Source: Treponemataceae bacterium (GTDB taxonomy: Bacteria > Spirochaetota > Spirochaetia > Treponematales > Rectinemataceae). Taken from it: a stretch of 64,000 nt of DNA. The translations under genes and the position numbers were made by a program. Each line of letters begins with the position of its first letter. Position 1 is the first letter of the stretch. A model generated the notes under the pieces. That model ran no database searches. It saw nothing but the letters and a program-made list of their open reading frames with translations, and was not told the origin of the DNA. Of the stretch, positions 19,802 to 29,606 are shown in pieces. The stretch covers positions 960,001-1,024,000 of the forward strand of contig CAXXVZ010000003.1 of NCBI GenBank assembly GCA_963678065.2, read 5' to 3'.

Positions 19802-21728
19802 ATCGAGGAGGAGGGGGGCTCACGCCCCCCGTCCTCTCACACCACCGTACGTACGGTTCCGTATACGGCGGTTTCCAGAATATCACCTAATCAAACAGAG
19901 TCGATCGATCATCGAAACGAGTCCCACACTATCAAAGTATTTTTTGGGGAATGCGAAGCGTATGTGCTGAGCGCCGGAGTTCCACCACGGTCCGCGTTGG
20001 TTGAAGGCGGAACGGACTGCCGTTTCTTCCGGCAAGCCCCGCTCCATGAGCCGTTTCCGTCGCGTCCATGGTCTCTTCCATTGCCGCCAGAGGTTGCAGC
20101 GCAGTTTCCTGCGAAGCCATCCGTCCAGCTCTTCCGCGAATCGCTTCGTCTCGGCGAGGGAGTAATACTGAATCCAGCCGCGAACGAGGGGGGGGGTAGG
20201 GTTTCCGTGACAAACCAATAAAGATTTCGGCCCTGCGCTCCTCGAAAGAGAGCTTTGACCTTTTCTTTGAACCGATCGATCGACGATTCCGCCACCCGTA
20301 TCCTCGTCTGCCGTTCGCAGGTGAAGGAATAGCCGAGAAACTTGCGTTCCCACGGTCGGGCTACCGCACTTTTCTCCCGGTTCACTTTGAGTCTGAGTCT
20401 GCCCTCGATGAACCGCGAGATCGATGCCATCACCCGCTCCCCTGCCCGCGTGCTCGCGACGTAGATGTTGCAGTCGTCCGCGTAGCGGCAGAATGACAGT
20501 CCGCGTTTCTCCAGCTCCTTGTCCATCGCGTCGAGCATGATGTTGGACAGTAGCGGCGACAGAGGCCCGCCCTGCGGCGTTCCCTTGTCCCGATCCCTCA
20601 CGACGCCGCCCTTCATGACCCCCGCTTGCAGGTATCGCCGAATCAGTTTCAGGACCTTCTTGTCCCGCACCCTTTTCGCGATCCTCGCCATCAGGTGATC
20701 ATGATTCACTTCATCGAAAAACTTCGCCAAATCGATGTCTACAACCCACCGCTTCCCCGCGAGCTGGAACTCCTTCGCTTTCCGGATCGCGTCGTGCGCT
20801 CCCCGTCCAGGTCGGAAGCCATAGCTGTTCGGCGAAAACTCAGGCTCGAATATCGGGCTCAGAACTTGATGAAGTGCCTGCTGGATGAGCCGATCCACGA
20901 CCGTCGGTATGCCGAGTTGCCGCTTCCCACCATTGGGTTTCGGAATCTCGACACCTCGCACAACCTCGGGCCGCTACGTACCCGCCAGCAGCCTTTCCTT
21001 GACCTCGAACCAGTGCGCTTGAAGCCAGGGCTTCAGGTCTTCAACACTCATCTTGTCGACTCCCGCCGCTCCTTTGTTCCCCACCACCCGCGCATAAGCT
21101 TCGAGCATGTTCCCGCGTTCGACCAGACGCTCGATCAACTCCGTCGTTTCGGGGTTCGTCGTTTCCGTTCCCGTATCCGAGCCCTCCACCCATGCGCTTG
21201 CTGTCGGGTTTCCGTCCCTATCCTCCGCGCACGCCGGTCTCGTCCCCGTATCCGGGCGACTCCTCCGTGTCTGTGTTCATTGGGTCTCGTGAAGGTCCGG
21301 CTGACTCGCCGTTCTTCTGGATTCAGCCCTTCGCGTCCGGTCGTTGACGCTACTATGACCTCTGCTGACTTCTGGCCATCCATTTCCCCGCCTCGTGACG
21401 GGAATAGCCGCTTTGGCGGATGGTCAGATCTCCCCGGGTAATGCACCGTGACTACTGTCACGACCTACCTTCACGCTTATACCCGCCGCATCTACAGAAA
21501 GAGATTCCGTGTACGTATTGGACTTTGAAGATATTGGCCTTCTCATCCTCTCCTCCTGCCTCATACGATTCCTGTCCGTCAGGCCAGCGCTTTGCCTTCA
21601 CCTTCCTTCAGATTCAGGGTCGCCCCTGACACCCTTGGCGTTCGGCTAACGGTTCCCCTTACCGGGCCCGTACGGGACTTGGCGATTCCTCGCCGCACCC
21701 GCAAGTTGGTGCACCCTGCCGGGCGCAC
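19802..21728 (-). mobile_element. Group II intron, bacterial class C (IIC), full length, probably inactive
   Basis: 5' GTGCGCCCGGCAGGGTGC directly after a terminator stem; J2/3 AGC; short DV AACCGCCGTATACGGAACCGTACGTACGGTGGT with CGC triad (19841-19873); DVI ending TCGAT; EBS1 CAAT (21533-21536) complementary to IBS1 ATTG (21729-21732). Confidence 0.95.
19883..21189 (-). pseudogene. ltrA: Intron-encoded reverse transcriptase/maturase (LtrA-like, no endonuclease domain), disrupted
   Basis: RT motifs NKGAAGVD, RQLGIPTVVDR, GTPQGGPLSPLLSNI, RYADD and domain X (RGWIQYY, WLRRKLR); in-frame TAG at 20974-20976; frameshift at the C9 run 20188-20196; true start uncertain. Confidence 0.92.
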
Positions 21729-21732
21729 CAAT

Positions 21733-21763
21733 AAAAAGCGGCCGCCCTTCCGGACGGCCGCTT
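21733..21763 (-). terminator. Intrinsic terminator of pgk (intron target site)
   Basis: AAGCGGCCGTCC-GGAA-GGGCGGCCGC-TTTTT. Confidence 0.88.
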
Positions 21764-21787
21764 CGTGGTCGAGATGATCCGGAGGTT

Positions 21788-23047
21788 CTACTTCTGTTCG
21801 AGACAGGCGATGCCGGGAAGGACTTTGCCCTCCAGGTACTCGAGGCTCGCGCCGCCTCCGGTGGAGACGTGGCTCATCTTGTCCGCGAGCTTGAACTTGT
21901 TGACGGCGGCAACAGAATCTCCTCCGCCGACGACGGTCATCGCTCCGCGTCCCGTGGCCTCTGCGACGAGCTTCGCCACAGTCGCTGTCCCGGCCGAGAA
22001 GGCATCGAACTCGAAGACGCCCACAGGCCCGTTCCAGACTATGCTCTTCGCCGCGGCGAGGACTTCCCTGTAGAGCTCAATGGTGGCGGGACCGACGTCC
22101 ATTCCCATGAGCTCGGCCGGAATATCCAGGCCGGAGACTGCGACGGGGGCCGCGTCGGCGGCAAAGGCAGCGGCGCAGATGTGGTCCACGGGAAGGACGA
22201 TGTTGACGCCCTTCGCTGCCGCGCTCGCGAGAAGCATTCTTGCGGTCTCCAGGTAGTCGTCCTCGACGAGGCTCTTGCCGATCGTGTGGCCCTGGGCCTT
22301 GAGGAAGGTGTAGGCCATGCCGCCGCCGATGATGAGGTCCGAGGCGTTCTTGAGGAGGCTCTCGAGGACGGCGATCTTGGAGGAGACCTTGGCGCCGCCG
22401 ATTATGGCGACCATTGGTTTAGGCGGGGCGACGAGCATGGGCTCGAGGTACTTCACTTCCTTTTCCATGAGGAAACCGCCGACCTTGACCGAGCAGAATT
22501 TCGCGATGGTGGCCGTGGAGGCGTGGGCCCTGTGCGCTGTGCCGAAGGCGTCGTTCACGTAGATATCGCCGTAGCTGGCGAGTTCGGCGGCCAGGGTCTC
22601 CTGCTTCGCCATGTCCTTCGAGGTTTCTTCCTTGTGGAAACGGGTGTTCTCGAGCATGGCCACCGAGCCGGAGGGGAGCGCCGCAATGGCGGCTTTCTGG
22701 CCGACACAGGAAGGAAGGAACACGACGGGCTTTCCGAGTTTGGCGGAGAGGTAGTCGGCGACAGGCTTCATGCGGTGCTTGCCTGCGAGGTACTTGTCGA
22801 GGTCGAAGGTCTGGCCCGACTTGGCGGCCTTGTCCTTCGCCTTCTCCGCGTCCTTGTCGGGATCGCCGAGATGGGACATGAGGACGAGGCTCCTGACGCC
22901 CTGTCCGAGAACGTACTCGATGGTGGGGAGGGCGGCCACGATTCGGGTGTCGTCCTGGACCACCCCGTCCTTCATGGGGACGTTGAAGTCGACGCGCATG
23001 ATGACGCTTTTGCCGGCGAGGGATATGTCTTTTACTGTCTTGATCAT
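21788..23047 (-). CDS. pgk: Phosphoglycerate kinase
   Basis: RVDFNVP, NDAFGTAHRAHAS, GGAKVSSK, STGGGASLE; GGAGG before ATG 23047. Confidence 0.98.
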   Translation of the reverse strand: MIKTVKDISLAGKSVIMRVDFNVPMKDGVVQDDTRIVAALPTIEYVLGQGVRSLVLMSHLGDPDKDAEKAKDKAAKSGQTFDLDKYLAGKHRMKPVADYLSAKLGKPVVFLPSCVGQKAAIAALPSGSVAMLENTRFHKEETSKDMAKQETLAAELASYGDIYVNDAFGTAHRAHASTATIAKFCSVKVGGFLMEKEVKYLEPMLVAPPKPMVAIIGGAKVSSKIAVLESLLKNASDLIIGGGMAYTFLKAQGHTIGKSLVEDDYLETARMLLASAAAKGVNIVLPVDHICAAAFAADAAPVAVSGLDIPAELMGMDVGPATIELYREVLAAAKSIVWNGPVGVFEFDAFSAGTATVAKLVAEATGRGAMTVVGGGDSVAAVNKFKLADKMSHVSTGGGASLEYLEGKVLPGIACLEQK

Positions 23048-23126
23048 GTTTCCTCCGGGGCCCCTTGCGGGCCTGTAAACGCCCGGCTTGAGGATTCTCA
23101 AGACTGCCCGGCCGGGCGGCGGTGAT

Positions 23127-23154
23127 AAAAACGGCCGCCCCATGGGACGGCCGT
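23127..23154 (-). terminator. Intrinsic terminator/attenuating hairpin after gap
   Basis: ACGGCCGTCCC-AT-GGGGCGGCCGT-TTTT. Confidence 0.75.
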
Positions 23155-23166
23155 CTCGGCGATGCT

Positions 23167-24240
<1,074 letters not shown>

Positions 24241-24306
24241 TCAGATCCTCCTGGTGTGGAATCTATGGAAAATTATGCAATACGCAAAAAAGCTGCAATC
24301 AATATT

Positions 24307-24336
24307 TTTATACCCAAAAGGCGCGCGCTCTGTCAA
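24307..24336 (-). promoter_or_regulatory. sigma70 promoter of gap-pgk
   Basis: TTGACA-18 bp-TATAAA in an AT-rich region. Confidence 0.7.
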
Positions 24337-24375
24337 TTAGTCAACAAACCGCATTGATTTCATTAAATTAATACG

Positions 24376-24515
24376 GTTTTCTTGCCGAAAAATCAAGTAT
24401 CGGACGGAGGCCGCACTCCTCCCCCTCCGCGGGCTCCGATCCGATCCCTCAAAAGGGCGACCGCAATGCAAAAATTTGCGGTCAGAGGCCGGTTCCCCAA
24501 ACCGGCCTTTTTTTT
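24376..24515 (+). ncRNA. Candidate small RNA or attenuated leader upstream of PBP1A
   Basis: Two hairpins followed by a canonical terminator, with no plus-strand gene upstream; weak promoter TCAACA-17-TAAATT (24341-24369). Confidence 0.45.
24486..24515 (+). terminator. Intrinsic terminator ~100 bp before the PBP1A start
   Basis: AGGCCGGTT-CCCC-AAACCGGCC followed by T8. Confidence 0.8.
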
Positions 24516-24614
24516 GTCCGCCAGCCGCCGCATCCCTCGCAGCGACAGTGCCACCACCTTTACTTCACCTCAGCCATGTTGACCAAGGACCACCCCCTCG
24601 CGTAGGCTTTGCCT

Positions 24615-27173
24615 ATGTCGCCCTTCAAGGCGTTGCCGCTGTTCGTCCGCGTCTTCATCGTCCTCGCTGCCCTCACCGCGGTTCTCGCGGGGGCGGGTAC
24701 TGGTCTCGCCCTCGCCGCCACGCACAATATCGCGCTCAAGGAAAATTTCACCGATTTCCAGCCCGCCCTGCCGAGCAAGATCTTTGACATCCAGGGACGC
24801 CTCATCACCGAATTCTTCTCCGAGGAAAAGCGGGAAATCGTCTCCATCGGCGAGCTGCCGCCCCACCTCATAAACGCGATAATTACGCGGGAAGACAAAA
24901 CTTTCTACCGACACCACGGCTTTGACCTGAAAAGGCTCGCGGCGGCATTCTTCGGTGTCCTGACGGGCCGGAATCTCGGTGGCGGCTCGACCATAACCCA
25001 ACAGGTCGCCGGGGACCTCTACGCGGACCGCCACGAAATAAGCCTGAGAAGGAAGCTCGTGGAGCTGTGGTGGGCCCTGCAGATAGAGCGGCGCTACACC
25101 AAATCCGAGATATTGGAACTCTACCTCAACCGCACGGTCATGGGTACGGGTGTCTACGGCGTCGAGGCGGCCAGCAAGTACTTCTTCGGCCACTCCGCCC
25201 GCGACATCACGCTCGCCGAGTCGGCCATCCTCGTCGTCCAGCTCTCGAGCCCCGTACGGTTCGATCCTTTCAAGAACCCCAACAATGCGCGCAGTCGCTC
25301 CCGCGCAGTGCTCGATTCCATGGTGAAGCTCGGCTACGCGAAAAAGGCCGAGGCCGACGCTTCCTTCAACGAGTACTGGGACAATTTCGATTACACACGG
25401 GTTTCCGCTGGCGCCTACTTTACACGCGATGACAAGGCTCCCTGGTTCAGCGAATACGTGCGCAGGCAGCTCGACGATATGCTCTACGGATCGCTCGACC
25501 TCTACACCGACGGCTTCAACGTCTACACGACCCTGGATCTCGACAAGCAGGCCCTGGCCGACAGCTACATGAAGCGCGGCATCGAGCAGGCCAACGCCGG
25601 ATTCAGGCGATCGGGAGCCCAGCATCTTGTCGAGGCAGAGGACACCTACATCCCGATCCTGGAGATGCTCGGTTTCACCTTCAACCTCGATGCCCTTCTC
25701 GTCTCGGATGCGAAGGCAGAAAATTCGACCTTCAACTACTACAAACAGAAGATAAATCCGATCGTCGATGCGGCAGCCCTCCTCTTCGGCCTGCCGGACC
25801 TCAAATCGCTGTCCAACGCCGGGTTCGGGAGGATGAAGACCGATCTCGAGAAATCCACGGTGGAGGGCGCCCTCATCACCATCGAGAACGACACGGGCTA
25901 CATCACCTCGATGGTGGGCGGATCCAAATATGACCAGTCCAACCAGAACATCAGGGCCGTGCAGTCCAAACTCATGCCCGGATCGACTTTCAAACCTCTC
26001 TACTATTCGGCGGCCATAGACTCGGGAAAATTCACGGAGGCCAGCCTCATCTACGACGCGCCCGTCATCTTCTACACCCAGGACGGAACGCCCTACATGC
26101 CCCTCAATTTCAAGGGAGAATGGAAAGGCCCCGTTCTTCTCTGGTACGCCCTCGCGAAGTCCATGAACATTCCCTCGCTCAAGGTCCTGGATGGGATCGG
26201 CTTCGACGCGGCCATCAGCAGGGCGGCGGCACTCCTCGACATCACCGATCCGGCCGAAATCAGAAGCACATTCCCGCGAGTCTATCCTCTGGGGCTCGGC
26301 GTGATCGGCGTGACCCCGCTCAAGATGGCGCGGGCATTCTCGGTCTTCGCGAACGGAGGCAAGGCGGTGACGCCCATGGCCATCCGCTCGGTCGAGGACA
26401 GGCAAGGTCGCCCCGTCCTCGAGCCCGAGAAGGAGATCCGCACCAAGCAGGCCCAAAAAGGAAGCGCGAACCAGATCATCTCGCCGCAGAACGCCGCCAT
26501 CATGGTCGACATGCTCCAGAGAGCCGTCCAGTTGGGAACCCTCGCCGGACAGACCTCGAGCGGGACGATCTTCAAGCAGTCGAACGGATCGGGAGTTTCG
26601 TACACGATTCCGGCGGGTGGCAAGACGGGAACGACGCAGAACTGGGCCGACGCATGGACAGTCGGATTCACACCCTACATGACCACAGCCATCTGGTTCG
26701 GTTTCGACAGGCCGGGCAACTCTCTCGGCGTCGAGCAGACGGGCGCGCTGCTCGCGGGAACGATCTGGTCGAACTACATGCGCGACATCCACAAGGGATT
26801 GCCATTCAAGGATTTCCCCAAGCCCCAGTCAGGGCTCGCGAGAATGACCGTCTGTGCTGTGTCGGGACAGGTATTGACGCCACTGTGCAACGAGGGTTCG
26901 GTTAACCTGCTCTTTCTGGACGGCACGCAGCCGGTGACACCCTGCGAAATCCATGCAGGACAAGGCGCGGGCTCCCAGTCCGATCTTTTTGGAGCGACGA
27001 ACGGAGAATCTCCGGCAGCGACAGGGCTCCCGGGAACCGAGGGAACGCCGGGGCAGACAGTGCTTCCGGGTGAACGGGAACCGACCAAGAGCACTCCTTT
27101 GGTTCCTCCATCGACTCCATCGAATCCGGTCATGCCCGACCCCAGCCTCAGGATCACCATTCCGGGATTGTGA
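24615..27173 (+). CDS. mrcA: Class A penicillin-binding protein (PBP1A family)
   Basis: TM anchor; transglycosylase EDKTFYRHHG and GGSTITQQ; transpeptidase GSTFK, SMN, KTGT. Confidence 0.93.
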   Translation: MSPFKALPLFVRVFIVLAALTAVLAGAGTGLALAATHNIALKENFTDFQPALPSKIFDIQGRLITEFFSEEKREIVSIGELPPHLINAIITREDKTFYRHHGFDLKRLAAAFFGVLTGRNLGGGSTITQQVAGDLYADRHEISLRRKLVELWWALQIERRYTKSEILELYLNRTVMGTGVYGVEAASKYFFGHSARDITLAESAILVVQLSSPVRFDPFKNPNNARSRSRAVLDSMVKLGYAKKAEADASFNEYWDNFDYTRVSAGAYFTRDDKAPWFSEYVRRQLDDMLYGSLDLYTDGFNVYTTLDLDKQALADSYMKRGIEQANAGFRRSGAQHLVEAEDTYIPILEMLGFTFNLDALLVSDAKAENSTFNYYKQKINPIVDAAALLFGLPDLKSLSNAGFGRMKTDLEKSTVEGALITIENDTGYITSMVGGSKYDQSNQNIRAVQSKLMPGSTFKPLYYSAAIDSGKFTEASLIYDAPVIFYTQDGTPYMPLNFKGEWKGPVLLWYALAKSMNIPSLKVLDGIGFDAAISRAAALLDITDPAEIRSTFPRVYPLGLGVIGVTPLKMARAFSVFANGGKAVTPMAIRSVEDRQGRPVLEPEKEIRTKQAQKGSANQIISPQNAAIMVDMLQRAVQLGTLAGQTSSGTIFKQSNGSGVSYTIPAGGKTGTTQNWADAWTVGFTPYMTTAIWFGFDRPGNSLGVEQTGALLAGTIWSNYMRDIHKGLPFKDFPKPQSGLARMTVCAVSGQVLTPLCNEGSVNLLFLDGTQPVTPCEIHAGQGAGSQSDLFGATNGESPAATGLPGTEGTPGQTVLPGEREPTKSTPLVPPSTPSNPVMPDPSLRITIPGL

Positions 27174-27186
27174 GGCGCGCTCGCGC

Positions 27187-27747
27187 TCAGGCCGTTTCCG
27201 CTCCGGGCGAGGTTTCCGCCTTCACCTCGACGCTCTCCGCTTTAATGGCGCGCGTGGAGGGCCTCATGAGCGACATGACCAGAAAAACCCCAAAACCCAC
27301 TATGAGAGCGATTTCCTTGACCAGCAGGTCGGGAAGACCCGCGATCTCGCCTACCCTGAGCACATCCTCGATGCCCGCTCCATCCGAGGCCGGCCGCATC
27401 GAGTCTCCTGCGCCGATTCCCAGGAGCAGGATTTCGGTCTCATCGGGCTTGAGGTAGCCAATTTTCCTGGCCTCCCGCGCAAGGCGGCCCGCGTCCGAAG
27501 TCAGGGCCTTCACCTCCGAGGACAGACGGGCGTTGGTGGCTCGGAGTTCGGCAGCCTTGTCTTCCATCGCCATTATGCGTCCATCCATGGTCACCTGAGA
27601 AACCAGCCCGGCCTTGCCTGCCACGAAGGAGAGCAGGCAATAAATGGCGAGCATGGCACACAGGCCTATGCCGATACTCTGTAAAAAACCGGGGGATCCG
27701 GATGACGAACGCGCGCGGCGGGAAGCGCTTCTGGTCGGAGTGTCCAT
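27187..27747 (-). CDS. Septum formation initiator (FtsB/DivIC-like)
   Basis: TM helix, GKAG, coiled coil, then AREARKIGYLKPDE. Confidence 0.7.
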   Translation of the reverse strand: MDTPTRSASRRARSSSGSPGFLQSIGIGLCAMLAIYCLLSFVAGKAGLVSQVTMDGRIMAMEDKAAELRATNARLSSEVKALTSDAGRLAREARKIGYLKPDETEILLLGIGAGDSMRPASDGAGIEDVLRVGEIAGLPDLLVKEIALIVGFGVFLVMSLMRPSTRAIKAESVEVKAETSPGAETA

Positions 27748-27855
27748 ACTACAGATTTACGGTTCACGGACACTTCGCCTTTAAACAAAATATTGACATC
27801 CAGAGAGGCAGCGCTTAGAGTGATTGGGAAAACCCTTCCTTCGATTGGAGCAAAT

Positions 27856-29019
27856 ATGGCTGGCGCTTCGGACAGGCTTACCACGAGACCGAATCCTGAG
27901 GGAAACGACCGGGAGCGATTTACGGCCGAAGAAATGGAGGATTACGGGGACTGGCTGAAATCCGACACGGATGCGGCCACGGACTTTTCCCGTCTGTCCA
28001 GCGAGGAAGAGAACCTCCTCGGGTCTTTTTCGACAGGATCTCCCTCTTCCGTACAGCCGGCGGCGGGAGAAGAATCTACCATCCTGCCTTCGCCCGAAAG
28101 CCCTGTACCCGATGCTCCGCTCAGCGACGAACAAGAGGATTTTTCCGACTCCGTCATCGAATCCGAGATTGAAGCCGAGGAAGCCATCGACTCGGCCCCC
28201 TTCTCCCTTCCGGCCGAGGACTACGAGGAGAAAGCGGCCCTGGCGGATGATTTCGTGCTCGGTTCTGCCTCCCGCAGGGATCGTTTCGGCTCCGCCGCGA
28301 CTGAATCCCGCGCTGAGTTCGGCCAGACCGAAGAGCCCGCGGAGCCGGATTCCGACAGTCCCGAGGATGACATTTCGGAAGAATTCTTTGAGATCGACGA
28401 AGAGGTGAGTTCACAGAACGGGGCCGTCCCTCCCCTACCGAGCCCGACCCCGGCAGAGGAAGAGATCGCGGCCGCCGGGCCCGCATTCATCCCTTCCGCT
28501 GATTCCGGCAGGACAGGGCGGTCCGAGCCCTCCGCCCTTCCTGCCCGCGAGTTGCCAGACGATATCCTCGCCCGGATCGCGCTCGAATTGTCCTCGATCC
28601 GCGGTGAGCTGGTCGGGATAAAAGCGGGATTCGCTCCCGGACCTGAGAGCCCTGTTCCCTCCAAACAGGGATCGACGGCCGCGGCCTTCCCCGAACCTTC
28701 CGGGCCTGCCGGAGCCTCTGTCGCGGAATTCCCGACCGAAGAGTCTGTGGAGCCGACGGCGACCCCGGCCGGCGTGGAAAAAGAGAGCAGGGACTCCGTC
28801 GCAGATACTGGCTCAGCCGATCGCGACGAGACCGCCGTTGAGGCGCGCCCTCACGCCGATCCCCGATTTTCCCCTGAATTCGTCGAGGAGCTGCGCGCCA
28901 TGTTCTCTTATATGGACAAGCTCCTGGAATCCCTTCCCGATGCGAAGATCGAGGAGTTTGCCCGCTCGCCATACTTCGATTCCTACAAGCGCATTTTCGA
29001 AATTCTGGGAATTGTCTGA
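27856..29019 (+). CDS. Acidic, largely disordered hypothetical protein with helical C-terminus
   Basis: E/D/P/S-rich; two helical islands (LARIALELSSIRGEL; YMDKLLESLP..KIEEFA); GGAG RBS. Confidence 0.75.
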   Translation: MAGASDRLTTRPNPEGNDRERFTAEEMEDYGDWLKSDTDAATDFSRLSSEEENLLGSFSTGSPSSVQPAAGEESTILPSPESPVPDAPLSDEQEDFSDSVIESEIEAEEAIDSAPFSLPAEDYEEKAALADDFVLGSASRRDRFGSAATESRAEFGQTEEPAEPDSDSPEDDISEEFFEIDEEVSSQNGAVPPLPSPTPAEEEIAAAGPAFIPSADSGRTGRSEPSALPARELPDDILARIALELSSIRGELVGIKAGFAPGPESPVPSKQGSTAAAFPEPSGPAGASVAEFPTEESVEPTATPAGVEKESRDSVADTGSADRDETAVEARPHADPRFSPEFVEELRAMFSYMDKLLESLPDAKIEEFARSPYFDSYKRIFEILGIV

Positions 29020-29020
29020 G

Positions 29021-29554
29021 ATGGGATTGCTGGAAAAAACAGAGGATCTCCTGAACGCGAAACAGGACAGTGGAGGCCTCGCCGCCCGTGCCCGCTCCAT
29101 TCTCAGGAACAGACGCGAAGGCCGGCCTTTCAGGCGACACCAGCCGGATTCAGACGCGGCTGGGCTTGTCGCACCAGGAAGAGGAGAGGCCAAAGCCGAG
29201 GTCGGAGGAAAAAAACTCCAGGAGGATTTTCTCGCGGGCGTGGCTGCAACCGCACCCGACGCCTCCATCATGCTGGCCTATGACCTTGTCGATATCGTCG
29301 ACCCGGAACTCGTGGAAGAATCCGCCCGCAAGATAGTTGAAGGTCACGGAAAGGCCCAGAGGGTCGGCGCAACGACGCTCTGGGTGATTCTCTACCACAT
29401 GGAGAATGCGGACCCCGAGCTCACTCTCCTGCAGTTCGGGAAAGCCCTCGTCAGGACGTATGCGGAGACGCGGCTGCCACCGCCGGGCAAGGCCTTCCGG
29501 ATCGATCCCGCGGCAGGAATCGACGCGCAGGCGCTCGGAATTCCCCCTTTCTGA
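29021..29554 (+). CDS. Hypothetical protein
   Basis: ATG 1 bp after the previous stop (translational coupling). Confidence 0.6.
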   Translation: MGLLEKTEDLLNAKQDSGGLAARARSILRNRREGRPFRRHQPDSDAAGLVAPGRGEAKAEVGGKKLQEDFLAGVAATAPDASIMLAYDLVDIVDPELVEESARKIVEGHGKAQRVGATTLWVILYHMENADPELTLLQFGKALVRTYAETRLPPPGKAFRIDPAAGIDAQALGIPPF

Positions 29555-29606
29555 GCCGCGGACGGCGCACAGAACCCAAGAGATCGGGGCCGGAAGTCCG
29601 TCAATA

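Noticed and set aside
20974..20976. Amber codon in the RT as pyrrolysine or programmed readthrough
   Set aside because: It replaces a conserved Tyr by a single substitution, co-occurs with other lesions, and no pyl genes are in the window
24382..24582. 66-aa ORF as a leader peptide
   Set aside because: TTG start without an RBS, and it reads through a strong terminator
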